From Takakia lepidozioides (taxonomy: Eukaryota > Plantae > Bryophyta): a stretch of 64,000 nt of DNA. The position numbers and the translations under genes are program-made. The notes under the pieces were generated by a model, which worked only from the letters and a program-made list of their open reading frames with translations, made no database searches and was not told the origin of the DNA. Below are positions 1 to 12,114 of this stretch, one piece after another; position 1 is the stretch's first letter; the number at the start of each line of letters is the position of its first letter. The stretch lies in contig CM060734.1 of NCBI GenBank assembly GCA_030704615.1, forward strand, positions 23,684,001-23,748,000. The letters run 5' to 3'.

Positions 1-600
1 ATTTCGGGAGGACTTCGGATGAATTTCGGCGCCGAAATTCATTGCTCGCGAAGAAAAATAATAATCGGGAGGACTTCGGATGAATTTCGGCGCCGAAGTT
101 CATCTGTCGCAAAGAAAAAAAAAAAAAAAAAAAAACTTCAGATGAATTTCGGCACCGAAATCCATCCGCAGGGCAGCAGAATTAGGGTCGGAAAAGGAGA
201 TGAAGAATGAATTTCGGCGCCGAAATACATCCATTCTGCCGATTCAGGATTACTGTCATTCCGATGTCGGCAGCGATATCCGGACACGTGGTGAATCACG
301 ACTGTAATCAGGAACACATTCATCTGTATTTTGGCATCCAAATTCAACCCTCATGTGCAGAAACAATTTGATGAAGAAGATGTTCATCCGAATTTCGGCA
401 CTGAAATCCATCCGTTGGATGCTTGGTCAGTTTCATGAGGTGAACAAATTACTATTTCTGTCGCCGGAATTCATCCCCTGGCTTCCAAAGTTGTTACATG
501 ACAGAGATGTTCATCCAGATTTCGGTGCCGAAATTCATGGGAAGGCCTGATTTATTGTAGCCCAAGTGGTTGTACATTACAATTCAGGCACCAAATATCC
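1..600. repeat. Array of palindromic GATGAATTTCGGCGCCGAAATTCATC-like motifs
   Basis: About 10 degenerate copies, e.g. at 18, 79, 141, 207, 514. Confidence 0.85.
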
Positions 601-913
601 GATGTGAACTTGCTGTTGTCGTCCGTTTTTGTAACGTACGTTACATACCTTCATCTTTACGTGCACTGATCACCCATCCTGTTGGATACGGAATCCTCCA
701 GAAAATCATTTGTGTTATTAGGTAGGACACACTCTTCTCACTGCAGGACTTCGCTGCGGAGTGTACCGAGAGGTCCTGTCTTCAACATGGACTCCCGTGT
801 TTGGGTAAACGTGTACTTCCATCCTGATTCTCTGAAAGCTAAAATACGTTCCACGAAATCCAATTCCCAGTCGTCATCCTCCTCCCACGAGAAGCTCTTC
901 GCCCCGCATACCG

Positions 914-1333
914 GTGGGTGACCCCGCAGCTTGGCCCACCCATCGGTGGGGGAAACTGAAAAGACGGCGGCCACCAACAAAGGCGAACGACACCAGGATG
1001 GCCAACGCTCTTGCAATGCCCTGCATAGTGCAAGGTTGCAGGGATGTTCCTCACCCCGGGATGGGGCGCATATTTCAGTTGTCAACAGCCGGGTCTGCTG
1101 CGCGCAGTGTCGTGTATACAATCACGGTTTCACAGTATCCAGCTTGCAACTGTGAGGACTTCCTTGTTATGGAATCAAAGAATGCAGCATACGTCCCCTG
1201 CAAACACCTTTATTACATTTTTCTGAAGCGCATGAGTTGCATATCCGCAGTGGACGTCTTCATCCATGCTCCAACACTGAGTTTCAACGAGCTGCACAAG
1301 GCCCTACGGCAGGACACTGGTCGGACTGCTTGA
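914..1333 (+). CDS. SWIM zinc-finger protein, probably the last exon of a degraded gene
   Basis: VYTITVSQYPACNCEDF...PCKHLYYI matches CxC-Xn-CxH. Possible splice acceptor CTGCAG near 746. Confidence 0.7.
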   Translation: MGDPAAWPTHRWGKLKRRRPPTKANDTRMANALAMPCIVQGCRDVPHPGMGRIFQLSTAGSAARSVVYTITVSQYPACNCEDFLVMESKNAAYVPCKHLYYIFLKRMSCISAVDVFIHAPTLSFNELHKALRQDTGRTA

Positions 1334-2015
1334 CATTCCACATTCGGGAAGGAGAAAGTGGCAATTATATTACATTCATCTTCTTGCACCCTATTTTTTT
1401 TGGAGGAATTATACACTTGGTGGTGCCGCATCGCCATGGCTACATGTGAATTTTGGTGCCGCAATACATGAGAATGTGGTTTTTGGCCATGAATGGCATG
1501 CGCATGCTTTTTTATTTTGGTTGTCTACAAATGGATCCGAGTAAAGCATACATTGTGTGGAGATTAACGGGCATTGAGGCCTATTTCAGCGCCGTTTATG
1601 GTCTATGTACTGCATAGTGCTTCCTTGTTACTGCTCTTCATTCAATTTGTAGTGATTTCGCAGCCCATCCTGGCGTTTTCGTCCACCTCTATGAGAAGAC
1701 TCCAATTTGCTACAAATACATTGTTACTGTTCTGCAAATGTGATGTCTTTACAAGATTGCTAGTTCTGTGTCCCAGTGGGAAGGGTCCTACTGCACATTC
1801 CAGCATTTGCATACTGCACTTTGTGCAAACAGCAATCCATACGACAAAGGACACGTCCCAGCATACTGGCAGTGAATTGCAAAAAACCTTAACAGAAGAT
1901 TATCCAAGCATGTATATTCCCCATATGGCACAGGGAAGCTGCTTGATTTCTGAATGAAAATGTATGTGCCATGAGTGTCGGCGAGTCGAAACATGTCTAC
2001 TCTAGCATGCAAGAC

Positions 2016-2615
2016 CTATGGTCCCCTTGCCCAAGAAGAAGGAACTCTAACTGGCCTCTCAAGGACCTCCTGAGTGACCGGGTGCCTATATTTGAACAAA
2101 ATGTCAGTGGTTTCTGTCGCCCGGTTGAAACTAACGAGGATGTCGTGTTTATCGATAGCGCCCCCTTGGTAGAAGGACATTTTCACAGTGGGCCCTGTGT
2201 TCCCCTCCTCCTCATCCTCATAACTGAAGAGAATGTCCCCACTTTCCGAGCCAGTCCGTCCACGCGTAAAGTTTTCACCTATGCACTCATCATACGTCCA
2301 CTCGCAACAATTCCAGCGATACAGCAACGCTGTGCGTGATCTGTTCGGCTCCCACTCATGCGGAAAGTCCAGGTCCATGATGCGTAGGAACCACCTGCTC
2401 CCCAGCCGGGGTCCAGGAGAATCGTGCAATCCTGGAAGAAACTCCATTGCTCTCAGCTGGACAAGTCGAGGATCGTCCCTAAAAACATCCAGGAAAACAA
2501 TGATGTCGTCTGCTTTCGGGAAAATGACTCCCGTCTGGCGTCGATAGATGTGATTCGGGCACGACATGGCCTCACGACATAGCACGAACTCAAAGCAGGG
2601 AGGAGATGGGCACAA
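2016..2615 (-). CDS. Hypothetical 199-aa protein, possible transposon accessory gene
   Basis: Long open frame with protein-like composition, convergent with the SWIM gene. No recognisable motif. Confidence 0.4.
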   Translation of the reverse strand: MCPSPPCFEFVLCREAMSCPNHIYRRQTGVIFPKADDIIVFLDVFRDDPRLVQLRAMEFLPGLHDSPGPRLGSRWFLRIMDLDFPHEWEPNRSRTALLYRWNCCEWTYDECIGENFTRGRTGSESGDILFSYEDEEEGNTGPTVKMSFYQGGAIDKHDILVSFNRATETTDILFKYRHPVTQEVLERPVRVPSSWARGP

Positions 2616-2684
2616 CAGAGAAGAGTGAAGAGCAAAATGAGAGCAAGGCCTCCCTTACCGTAAGGCGGGTATTTGCTCTCCGGA

Positions 2685-3160
2685 GCCCAATTTTGGCGCC
2701 GTTATTGGATGGAGTGCGGAAGCTTCAGCCGAGAATTTTGTTTCCGCAGGTCAATTTCGGCGCCGTTATTGGTTGCAATCCCTAGCCTTCAGCCGGGTAT
2801 TTGGTTTCCGGACCCAATTTCGGCGCCGTTATCGGTTGCACTCCGGTGGCTTCAACCGAGTATTTGATTTTCGGCGCCCATTTCGGCGCCGTTATCGCCT
2901 GCACTCCGGAGGATGCAGCCGGGTATTTGGTTGGCGGAGCCCAATTACTTTCACCGTTGTTGGCTTCACTCCCGAGCCTTCAGCCGGCTATTTCTTTTCC
3001 TGTGCCCAATTACGGCGCCGTTATACCCAACCATCATGCACTTCTGCAACAGTACTATCCACGGTTATAGGTCGCCATTGCGTTTTCGGAGTCTGCAAAC
3101 CCGGATCCTAATTCCGCTTGCGTCTCTGCCTCTGGGATAATTTCGGTGCCGTTATTGCCC
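2685..3160. repeat. About 60-bp tandem repeat built on AATTTCGGCGCCGTTAT
   Basis: Copies near 2690, 2753, 2816, 2880, 3008 and 3139. Shares the TTTCGGCGCCG core with the 1-600 array. Confidence 0.8.
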
Positions 3161-3394
3161 AGAATTCAGTTTTTCTATGACCTGGCCTAGCGGTCCATGA
3201 GCCTGGGCTCCAAGTCATGAGCGTACACTGGTACTCATGAGCGGAGTGCTTCCAGCATGAGCGCGGAAATCTTCGATTTTTGATTATTTTATAGTTTTGG
3301 GCCCGAAAAAAATCTGCCGAAATTCGAAGTGTGTTACTTTGCGGCTCATGGGTGAGCCATGCCCGCTCATGAGCTCATGGAATAGCAACCCCCC

Positions 3395-4001
3395 TTTCCC
3401 TCATCTTACTTTGTGAGATGAAAGTTTCAATCTGTCCTTGTACTTCATTTTCCTCCCACTCTGATAGGCGGGTGGGACGACTTCTGCAAGGTGGAAAGCC
3501 TTGTGTATCAATTGTATGTTCCACCTCACTGCAATAACCCAAGTCAGCCTTGCTAAGAGCAAAACACTCCTGATTTTCTCTCAGCTCTTGCTCCAATTCC
3601 ATCCTATGTTCCTGGGCTAGCTCTGGATTGATGTGAAGTCTGGATTTCAGACTTCTCCAGCGACTCTCCATTTTTTCTTCATGGCTGGGATCCCAACTCT
3701 TTCCCTCCACCTTGTGCATGGAGTTAGCTACCCTATGCCCTTCTTCCTGTGTCACAATCTGATTCCAATCATGGAAATCATCCTCTATTTCCATGTTGTT
3801 GTTCCCTAGTTCACCATTCCAAGCTTTCTGGTAAGCTTCTTGTATGATAGAGGCAGCCATGCTACGATGGGTCTCTTCCTGAAGTAGTTCAGACATCCCT
3901 TGGTCTTCGAACAAATCCTCCCCTAGGTTGACATCATCTATTATCTCTTCAACATCTCTTAGGGCTGCATCTACCCTTTCACTCTGATCAGATCCTCCCA
4001 T
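3395..4001 (-). pseudogene. pol: Pol linker and N-terminus of reverse transcriptase, truncated
   Basis: CFALSKADLGYCSEVEHTIDTQGFPPCRSRPTRLSEWE is a typical Gypsy pre-RT sequence. Cut at about 3395. Confidence 0.85.
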
Positions 4002-4005
4002 CTCC

Positions 4006-5943
4006 TCATCTATCAGATTCAGAAATGTCAGAGTCTGGAGATTCTTCCTCTGTGTCCATAAACTCTTCCTCGGGCTTTTTTTCTTCTTCCCACAAGCCTA
4101 GGTACTGTTCATCTGAGGTAAGGGTTAAGACATTACCTACTGACGTAGTACTTGCATACCTTACCCTGCCTTCAACCCCTCTCTGGTAGGCTGTTCTAGT
4201 GACTGCAGGCTCATTATAATTTATGGTGTGCAAAGGGAAGTGAGAAAAATCCTTTCCTGGCCCATAGCGTACACAAATCGTTTCAGCTTTGGTGTCAACT
4301 ACCGCGCCAAACTTTTTGAGAAAGTCCAAGCCCAGAAGCATGTGATACGTATCCGTGTTCACCACCATAAAGGACAAGCGATTGGTCAACTCTCCTACTT
4401 TGACCTTGATGTCCTCAAGTCTGCCCATTGCAGTCTCAAGAGCACCTGAAGCTACTCTGTAATTTACATCCTTATCAGTAACAACAGATCCCATCAAGCC
4501 AAGATCCCTGACTGTACTTGCGGATATTACAAAAAGCATGGCACCGGTGTCAATCTGGCCTAAGACTTGGTAATCTCCCATTGTAATCATCACATGAAGC
4601 ACTTTGACCTTACCAGTATAAGCATAAGAGATCGTGGGCTCAGCGTGTGCTGAGTACAACGGCCTTGGAACATCCCTCACAGTTTCCACACTGTGAGTTG
4701 TCTCCTTTTGTTGTACCATTTCCCTTTCTACCACTTTGACCAGACCCTTCAATTTGTCTAACTCTCCAAGCACAGTCATGATCAGGTCCATGGGAGACAA
4801 GGATATTCTCTCCTTGTAGAAGTGGTTCAGGATTCTGGATTTAGTACCTCCTTCTACGGCAGCCTTGAAATTGTTCTTTGGGTAAATCTCACTTTTGGTC
4901 TTGCTTGGCTGTTCACTGCTCTCACCACTCTTCTCTGGTAACTCTGTAGGTTCAACAATAGGCCTCTGGACAGGGATGCGGTTCCTTGGAAGCCTGACTT
5001 CATTGATACTGTTTTGTGACATCAGATATGTCATTTCTGCGAGTATATCATCCTCATCATCATAGAACACGTCTACAAAGTTAGTTCCAGGAGCTCCCAT
5101 CATAGTCTGGTCGAGTTTTCTACTGCACTCATTCTCAGTATGCCCTAGTACCTTGCAAAAGTTGCATCTCACACCACACATTTTCGTGGAATGCCCAAAC
5201 CGGTGACATTTGTCACACTTAGCTTGGGTTCTTCCTTCAGGACAATATGCAGCTATGTGACCCTCTTTATGACAAGTGTTACAAAGGCGAACACGAGGTG
5301 GAGTCCTAGATCCCGAGCTTTCTCCTATGACTGGTCCCCTATCGAAGTACTTCTGTAGGGTAGTGTTTAGCTGATCAAGTCTTCTGTCCACAGGGTTGAC
5401 AAACACAACTGACTCATCTGTATCATCTCCTTCCAAGGGCTCTAGAGGTATTTCTCCCAATTTTCCCAGGCCCCTCTCAATCTCAATGGCTGTTTCAAGT
5501 GCTTCCTCTACATCAGAGAAGTACCTGCCCAGCATTACTCTTGCTATTTCTGGTCTCAAACCTGCTGCAAATCTACGCCTCTGTTCCAAATCAGACGCCC
5601 CACTTCTTATAAACAGCCGGTTCAACCTATCAAAGTATGTCTGAACCCTCTGTCTACTTTCTTGTTTGATGGTATCCATCCTCAGCCTGATTTCTGCCAA
5701 GTCAATGACACCAAACTTGGCTGATATGGCTGCCCTGAAATCCTCCCAGTTGTCTGGTCTAGGGTTTTGTTTACGGTAACATTCATCAGCCTTGGCTCTC
5801 AGGTTGAGCCTTGCTACCTTGAAGGTTTTATCCTCATTTAAATCCCTGACATCTGCCTCCATCTGAATCCTCTCTAACCAGTCATTCACATCTTCACTAT
5901 TCCTACCATGGTAAGGTACATCTATGCTAGTTGGACTGGTCAT
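4006..5943 (-). CDS. gag: Gag with three CCHC zinc knuckles, plus aspartic protease
   Basis: Retrotransposon gag core, CNTCHKEGHIAAYC, CDKCHRFGHSTKMC, CNFCKVLGHTENEC, and protease motifs IDTGA and LLGLDFL. Confidence 0.95.
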   Translation of the reverse strand: MTSPTSIDVPYHGRNSEDVNDWLERIQMEADVRDLNEDKTFKVARLNLRAKADECYRKQNPRPDNWEDFRAAISAKFGVIDLAEIRLRMDTIKQESRQRVQTYFDRLNRLFIRSGASDLEQRRRFAAGLRPEIARVMLGRYFSDVEEALETAIEIERGLGKLGEIPLEPLEGDDTDESVVFVNPVDRRLDQLNTTLQKYFDRGPVIGESSGSRTPPRVRLCNTCHKEGHIAAYCPEGRTQAKCDKCHRFGHSTKMCGVRCNFCKVLGHTENECSRKLDQTMMGAPGTNFVDVFYDDEDDILAEMTYLMSQNSINEVRLPRNRIPVQRPIVEPTELPEKSGESSEQPSKTKSEIYPKNNFKAAVEGGTKSRILNHFYKERISLSPMDLIMTVLGELDKLKGLVKVVEREMVQQKETTHSVETVRDVPRPLYSAHAEPTISYAYTGKVKVLHVMITMGDYQVLGQIDTGAMLFVISASTVRDLGLMGSVVTDKDVNYRVASGALETAMGRLEDIKVKVGELTNRLSFMVVNTDTYHMLLGLDFLKKFGAVVDTKAETICVRYGPGKDFSHFPLHTINYNEPAVTRTAYQRGVEGRVRYASTTSVGNVLTLTSDEQYLGLWEEEKKPEEEFMDTEEESPDSDISESDR

Positions 5944-6016
5944 TCTTCTACACTCTAGTCTGAGTTCAAAGCTGGTTTAACACCTAATTCTGATCTTAAA
6001 TTTTCCTGCAACACCC

Positions 6017-6346
6017 CTAATGCTGACCTCTATACCACTCCCACTGTCCATTTCTCAACATTTCTACTCTACCTCCCCATGTCACCTCTCGTGCCATGGT
6101 GTTTATCTTCTCCCACCTTCCTAACTCTCTTATCCAAAGCACAATGGTTGTTCTACCTCCAGCATGTATCACCCTAAGACATAAATCACCATCAGCTATT
6201 CTCCAAGCAGGGTTGAAGAAGTACAAATGAGGCTCTGAATAGGCATTTGCTGAGCGTCGGCTAAAGCAAATCAGCACATCTCCAATGCTTGGTTCATCAG
6301 GAATCAGTGTGTGGTCTCTGCCTGCCATCAAACCAGCCAATCCCAA
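6017..6346 (-). CDS. Extra small ORF between PBS and gag (about 109 aa)
   Basis: Open frame in sense orientation. A degenerate homolog (HLLFTSKWKK/ADGE versus HLYFFNPAWRIADGD) lies at the same place in element 2. Confidence 0.5.
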   Translation of the reverse strand: MGLAGLMAGRDHTLIPDEPSIGDVLICFSRRSANAYSEPHLYFFNPAWRIADGDLCLRVIHAGGRTTIVLWIRELGRWEKINTMAREVTWGGRVEMLRNGQWEWYRGQH

Positions 6347-6383
6347 TCAAGATCCCTAGCTAATAGTTTCAAGATTCAGCGCA

Positions 6384-6395
6384 GCTCTGATACCA
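6384..6395 (-). promoter_or_regulatory. Primer-binding site (tRNA-iMet)
   Basis: TGGTATCAGAGC on the minus strand. Confidence 0.9.
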
Positions 6396-8380
6396 AAAGA
6401 AGGGGACATAAATCCCCTTCTGTGTAATTCTAACTATACTTCTTCCAGTAAAAAGAACAACCTAGCAATCTACCAGCGGCACACGGTTATGGGTTTCCCT
6501 CCTATCGTTCATGAATAGAGTTCATAAATCCTCATCCATGCCGCAACGGAAGAGAAAACATGGATGGGGATCCTTCTTGTTCAATCTTTATACAATTGCA
6601 GCACCAATGGTGCTGCTGTGATATTTTCAGTGATACAACCAGCCCTATGACGGAGCTAAATGCGACCCATGTGGGCATCACCCTTGAGCAACACACGTCG
6701 AAACCCCTTTTGTAATGAGATCACTGATAAGAGGAAGGCAACTCAGATTTGCCATCAATTACAGGCCTAGTGATTCTCTGCAGATGTCATGGTTTTTCCT
6801 CTATCTCCCAGTTGTTACCCCTTTTACTGAGCAGCTCTCTCCCTTCCCAAACCTTTTCTCTCTCCTTCCTGCTGTAAAATTCCCTGGCTCATTTTCTTCC
6901 AACCAGCAGCCTATCTACATGCAATGCAAACAAATTCAGCCATGTATCCAGTGAATTCAGCCTTGAAATCAAACCTTGGTCACACAAGACATGATCAGCT
7001 CTTCCATCAGTCTTTCTCTCACCCAAAACAGACCCTTCACACTGTTTGCCTCTAGGGACAACCCAGTTTGTCAGTCAGTTCCCAACCCTTCTACAGATCT
7101 GCATCTAAACACCCCAACAGCTCATTTTTGCCCTTTCAGATTTGAACCACAGAGTTCAAATGCTGAGTCCACTCTGAACCAGTTCTAAACTCCACATCAG
7201 TGTCAGTTTGCAGCCCCATCCACCTCTTCCTCTTTCTGATTTCAAAGAGGTTACAGCTAACCCTCACTAGTGCTCACATCTACACTGGATTGTATTACAT
7301 CTAATCATCAAAATCCTAGAGCCGCATTGTATGCAGATTCATGATACTGAAGCCAAAGGAACAAAAACAAAACAAACAGTTAGCATTTTGTCACTGTGGA
7401 TGAACTACATCTGCCCTGAATCAACACTCCTACAGACATGTGCATCAGATCCATTCATCTCCACCCCATCCTGGTTTGAAGTCCAGAGTCCCCATTCCAT
7501 TTCTCAAAGTCTTTTTCTTGTCCTCATCACGCTCTCAGTTTGAGAGTCTTTACCAAAATTTCACAACAACGATTCCTAAGTGCCAAAAAGAAGAAGCCTG
7601 GTATCTACGAACTTATCTGTCTTATACTCCAGGTGAAGCAGTGGGTCTGCCTGCCCAAAATGGCACCTCACCATCTCCATCAGCAGCTACCTTAACTCCT
7701 CTTCTCGTCTGGATTTGATGATTCCAGCGTTCATTAAGTCGTGACGGCCGTGCTTTAGCCTATGGCAACACCCCTGTAGCTTGCCAACTAACTACCCTAT
7801 CTCACTATCTAAGCAAATCTACCCTAAGATCTGATATGATCTTATAACAAGAAGATAGTGATCATCTGAAAGCTTCATGCATCTGTACATTCCACTCTTT
7901 ACCTCCTTATTTACAGATAACCTGAGTCACCATCCACAAGCCAATCCCTCATTTGCTTTGGCAGATGCTCGTTATGTCGAGCTGCTCTTCATCCTAACTC
8001 TCCATTGATTGTGCCAGCAACTCCACCTCCCTATTCTCTGGCAGCTGGCCGTTTCCCTTGCATGCTCATCCTCCCATGATCATGTTCATCAAGGCAATGG
8101 CGGCTCTGGTGGTTGCACAAGATTCGTGACAAAAACGCCTCCCTTCACCTGGCTTGAGCACAACTCTTCCAAGCTGTTCCCTGCACGATTATCCTCTAGC
8201 AAGCCCTAAGCTACCCATTCACCATAGCAGCGACTGCACCACCTGTTAACTGATTGCTCCATCGCATGCCACACTGATCTCCCTGTAAGCATATCCTCTA
8301 GAAATTGATCATTACCAAGAAGATGGCGGCACCGCTTCCCCTGCTGCACAGATTACCAAGGTGTGCCCTTATACTCTACA
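6396..8380 (-). repeat. 5' LTR of element 1 (outer boundary tentative)
   Basis: Ends CCCCTTCTTT directly at the PBS. Candidate start TGTAGAG at 8380 resembles TGTAGGG of element 2. Confidence 0.55.
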
Positions 8381-9049
8381 TTAACGCTTCTCTTAATGCA
8401 AGCCAGAATGCCCCAGTGTAGATGCAATCGCCCTTGACACAATGCCGTGCCAATTCCACTATTCGCAGCATCTGCTCAAAGCGCCCGTCATCTTCCCCTT
8501 CGTCTTCCTTGTCCCGCGTTTCTAGGGTAATCACCAGTGATGAAAGTCATCCATTTTCACGAACGGAAAACGTGCTAGGTTTCATTAACAGAGTTAATTA
8601 CAAATTCATTGCATCCTTGGCATTGGATCCTTCGTCCTTGTTCCTGGGAGTCATCCAGAGAGCATGGATGTAATCCATTCATCCTCCGGATGAAAATACG
8701 TATGGTCATGACTTAGCCACTTTCATCCTGGCAAAGTATCAGCATAGTGTGCCCATGAAATAACCTATAGGCAGGGATGAATTCCGCCCATAGCATGTAT
8801 GAAATAATTTGAGCATCTTCATCCTGGCCAATAGTCCCCCATCGTTCCCATGATGTAACCAAGAAACATGTATGGAATAAATTGTAGGGACAACTCAACC
8901 TATTTTCACATTGGTACCAGGGCCCTTCCTTTGTAGCAATGCAGAATCTCAGTGGGTAAAACAAAAATTTAATGTCACTCCCCTGCATTCACACTACAGA
9001 GCATGGAATAAGAGGTGTGAATATTACTCTACCCTGTCATTGAAATTAC

Positions 9050-11837
9050 ACACCAGCCCCAGATCTAAAACAGATCATGGGGCAAAAAACATGGTGTCAA
9101 TAAGTGACTCGATGTGCAAAATAGGGCAGCTGATTATACCCTGTTGTATGAGCTGCCAAATATCAGTCTGTAACCCTGCTTTGGTGATGTTCTTTATGTA
9201 AAGAAATGCTCTTATTTTGTTCTTAAGCCTTCTATGATCATAAATGGCTTCTTTAAGACAAACAGACATTTCCAGCCATGAACAGTGATCAATGGATCTT
9301 TATTTGGACATGGATACTTACTGCTCAGTCACTTTGGTATGTCCAATGATACAAAGAACCCAAAAACTATACTAGTTTTTGAGCCAACAATAAATTAGGA
9401 TGGTTGGTTATGCCTCGGTATGTAAGCTGACCAAAAAATACAGACTGAATGACATGGCATGTCATGAATGGCACTTTTTAGCATGCTGAACAATGGTTTC
9501 ATTCTATGAACAGTGGTAATTGAGTCTCTAATTTTTCCCACCCCCCCCACCCAGAGACTTCATTGACTTTGAAGTCTCGGATTTGTCATAAAGTTGACTT
9601 GTGAATGAAGAATGGTTGATAATGAGGCTGATTTGTCGTTAATTTTACAATGACCTTGTCAGGTCTTTGTCCATGTCTCGACAAGACATAAGTATCTTCC
9701 CTCTCTGATTTAGACCAGTGTACTTGGTGGTTCTTGTACACATTATCAACCACTCTCCCTTCTGTTTTTAGTTTTATGTTTGATTTACTGACACCTTGGT
9801 CTGAGCATGACAAAAGGTTATCAAATATGTTCCTGATTGAAGTGATGAACCCAAGGCAATGGGAAGGCCAAAGCCATGAGATATCAGCCTCCTCTCCCGC
9901 CATGACCATGGTGTGGAGCAAGCAAGTCCTTCATAAGGTAAGATCTCCAGCAAAAATATGCTGGCTAGTTGGGCATGGAGAGTAAGGCATCCTTGAAGGT
10001 ACCTGAGATAAGCATAGAACATCTATAGGGCTTCTGAATGCTGAAATTTTGAGCTAGGCCTTGGTAAGACAGCTTGTTGGAGTAGACGTGTACACCTTAT
10101 ACATGATCCGGTCAATGCACATTACTCTTGTTTGCCGGTCCCCTGTAGCCGATGCCTTATGTCAGATTTAGATACCTTATGATAAGAATGAGTTCCATTT
10201 CTTTGGCTCAAATGTTTCTATGTTTCTCCTGGTTATGGCTTTGCTCTTTATAGCAACATAAAAAATACCCAATTCTGATATGCTGCTGGTAGATGTTTTG
10301 TCTGAATACCAGGTGGTAAACCCCTACCAGACTTCATCACCTAAGTCCCAATACCTGCCCCCTTTGGTTTTGTACACATGTTTTACCCAAAACAAGGGGT
10401 GGGTAAACACTAAAAGTCTGATTCCGGATTGTTACTTTATGACCTTGGGAATTGAGGGTTCTTTCACTGGCCTCTTCTTCCGGTCACCAGAGCTTATATA
10501 TAAACTAAAAGGTAAAACTCTACATTTTGATGTATGTGTTGATGTACCTTCGTTTGTCACAACTTGCCAACTTGGAACATGCCAATGGCAGAAAATTTAT
10601 TACCTAAACCTGCCCCCATTGGTTTTGTACACATGTGGTACCCAAAAACATGGGCTAGGTAAACACTAAAGGGTTGATAAAAGTTTCTTTCCTGTTTGTT
10701 GCTTGATGAATTTCGGAGTTAAGGTCCCTTCATTGGCCTCATCTTTCCATTACCAGAGCTTATGTGTAGCTAAAAGGCAAAACTCTACATTCTGATGTAA
10801 GTGTTGATGTACCTTTGCTTGTCACGGCTTGTTTTGTTTTTTTACCTTGGAGAGTTGAGATTGTAGGCATGTTTATTTCTATGGTTCCTTTGTAACCAGA
10901 AGTAAAAGCTACAAAGAAGAGGGAGGTCATTTATGTGATGGGGTCTGGTATGCACTCCCTTACGGGGTGAGTGCATACCACACTCACTCCATAAGGAGCT
11001 GCCATACCAGGGGATGGTTGGTGGGTTCCCTCTCTCTCCCTCTCTCTCCCTCCCTCCTTGGATCTGGCTGGTTCTTTTAAAACTTGATAGTTTAAGACCA
11101 GTGGTATATTACCTAACCCCTAATTAACCTTATTGGAATTTGGTTAATTTCGGTTATTTACATCACCAGGATTTTTGGTAAAAGGTCGGGATCCTAATGG
11201 AGCCATCCTATTTTTTAATTTTTTCATCCATAAATGGATGTCATCCTCAGAGGATGACACAGATGAAAAATCGAGAGACAATTTCATCCAACGCGGATGA
11301 GATCACGATAGATTTCATCATGTGCGGTAGAGTTCATCCCGTGTGATGGATTTCATCCCGAATGGATGAAATCGTGGGAAATCATGTGGATGAAATCGCG
11401 GGAAATCACGCTTCATCTCTTCCCTGCCCTAACCCTCTGCACGACGATCGTGCTTAAGGGATGGCTGGAGCTGAGAGATGGTGGCGGGGGGCGCATGGAG
11501 CTCGATTCAGGCGCCCTTGAATGCTATGGAGCTGCGCCTTTCAGGCATTTAGGTGTTCTGGCAAGATTCAGTACCTTCTTCCCCTCTTGGGGTGCGCAAT
11601 GGCGGCAGTACCTGCAATTTCCCTGTGGCGGTTGTCTCTAATGCTTGGCGGGTGATCTACCCGTGCTGTGGTTGCTTGCTGTGACCTTCATTGATCATTA
11701 AGATACAAGCGGCGATCTTAAGGCCTCAAGGAAGTGTTTGAACTCTTTAAGTTTGGGCGATTCACTTTCTTTGTGCATGCTTTGTACATTTTGTTGTGCA
11801 TTCTTGTTTGCTGGTCTTGAGAGCTATGGCGCAGGCT
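9050..11837 (-). repeat. Inverted, diverged copy of the 3.45-kb unit (matches about 33990-36550)
   Basis: Near-identical ORF translations on opposite strands, e.g. 9586-9921 versus 35712-36182 and 11366-11641 versus 34113-34463. Confidence 0.9.
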
Positions 11838-12114
11838 GGAAGTCAGCCATGTTTGGTTAGTCGCCATAGGGATCAATGGCGCTATTTTGTGAGTTAAAAT
11901 GAAGCTTGTGCAATTAGTTTTGGTTGCAAACATCTTCCTTTGGAATTAGAGCTACTATTGGTGGTGTGTGGGAGCCATAAAGAGCAAGAATACCTTGCTG
12001 ATTTCCTCACAGCCGCCACAGCTCAGTGCAAAGAAGCCTAGAGTCCAAGAGACACAAACCCTAGCTTGGCGTGGCTAAACCCTTTGGAGAAATGGCTAAA
12101 CTGCCATGAACGGC

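Larger units (their letters stand above)
1..3394. mobile_element. Right part of a putative DNA transposon (superfamily unassigned) abutting the RT of Gypsy element 1
   Basis: Contains palindromic motif arrays (1-600, 2685-3160) and CATGAGC repeats (3195-3380). Ends in CTCATGGAATAGCAACCCC where the Gypsy RT frame is cut. A related terminus occurs at 32765-32794. Confidence 0.55.
3395..8380 (-). mobile_element. Ty3/Gypsy LTR retrotransposon 1, non-chromoviral, 5' half (LTR-PBS-uORF-gag-PR-start of RT)
   Basis: PBS, gag, protease and RT start appear in order on the minus strand. The U5 region is homologous to that of the element at 37051-44294. Confidence 0.9.

Noticed and set aside
9586-10669. 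Repeated short ORFs in the 3.45-kb unit as real genes
   Set aside because: Their recurrence reflects DNA duplication. They overlap on both strands and show no domains.
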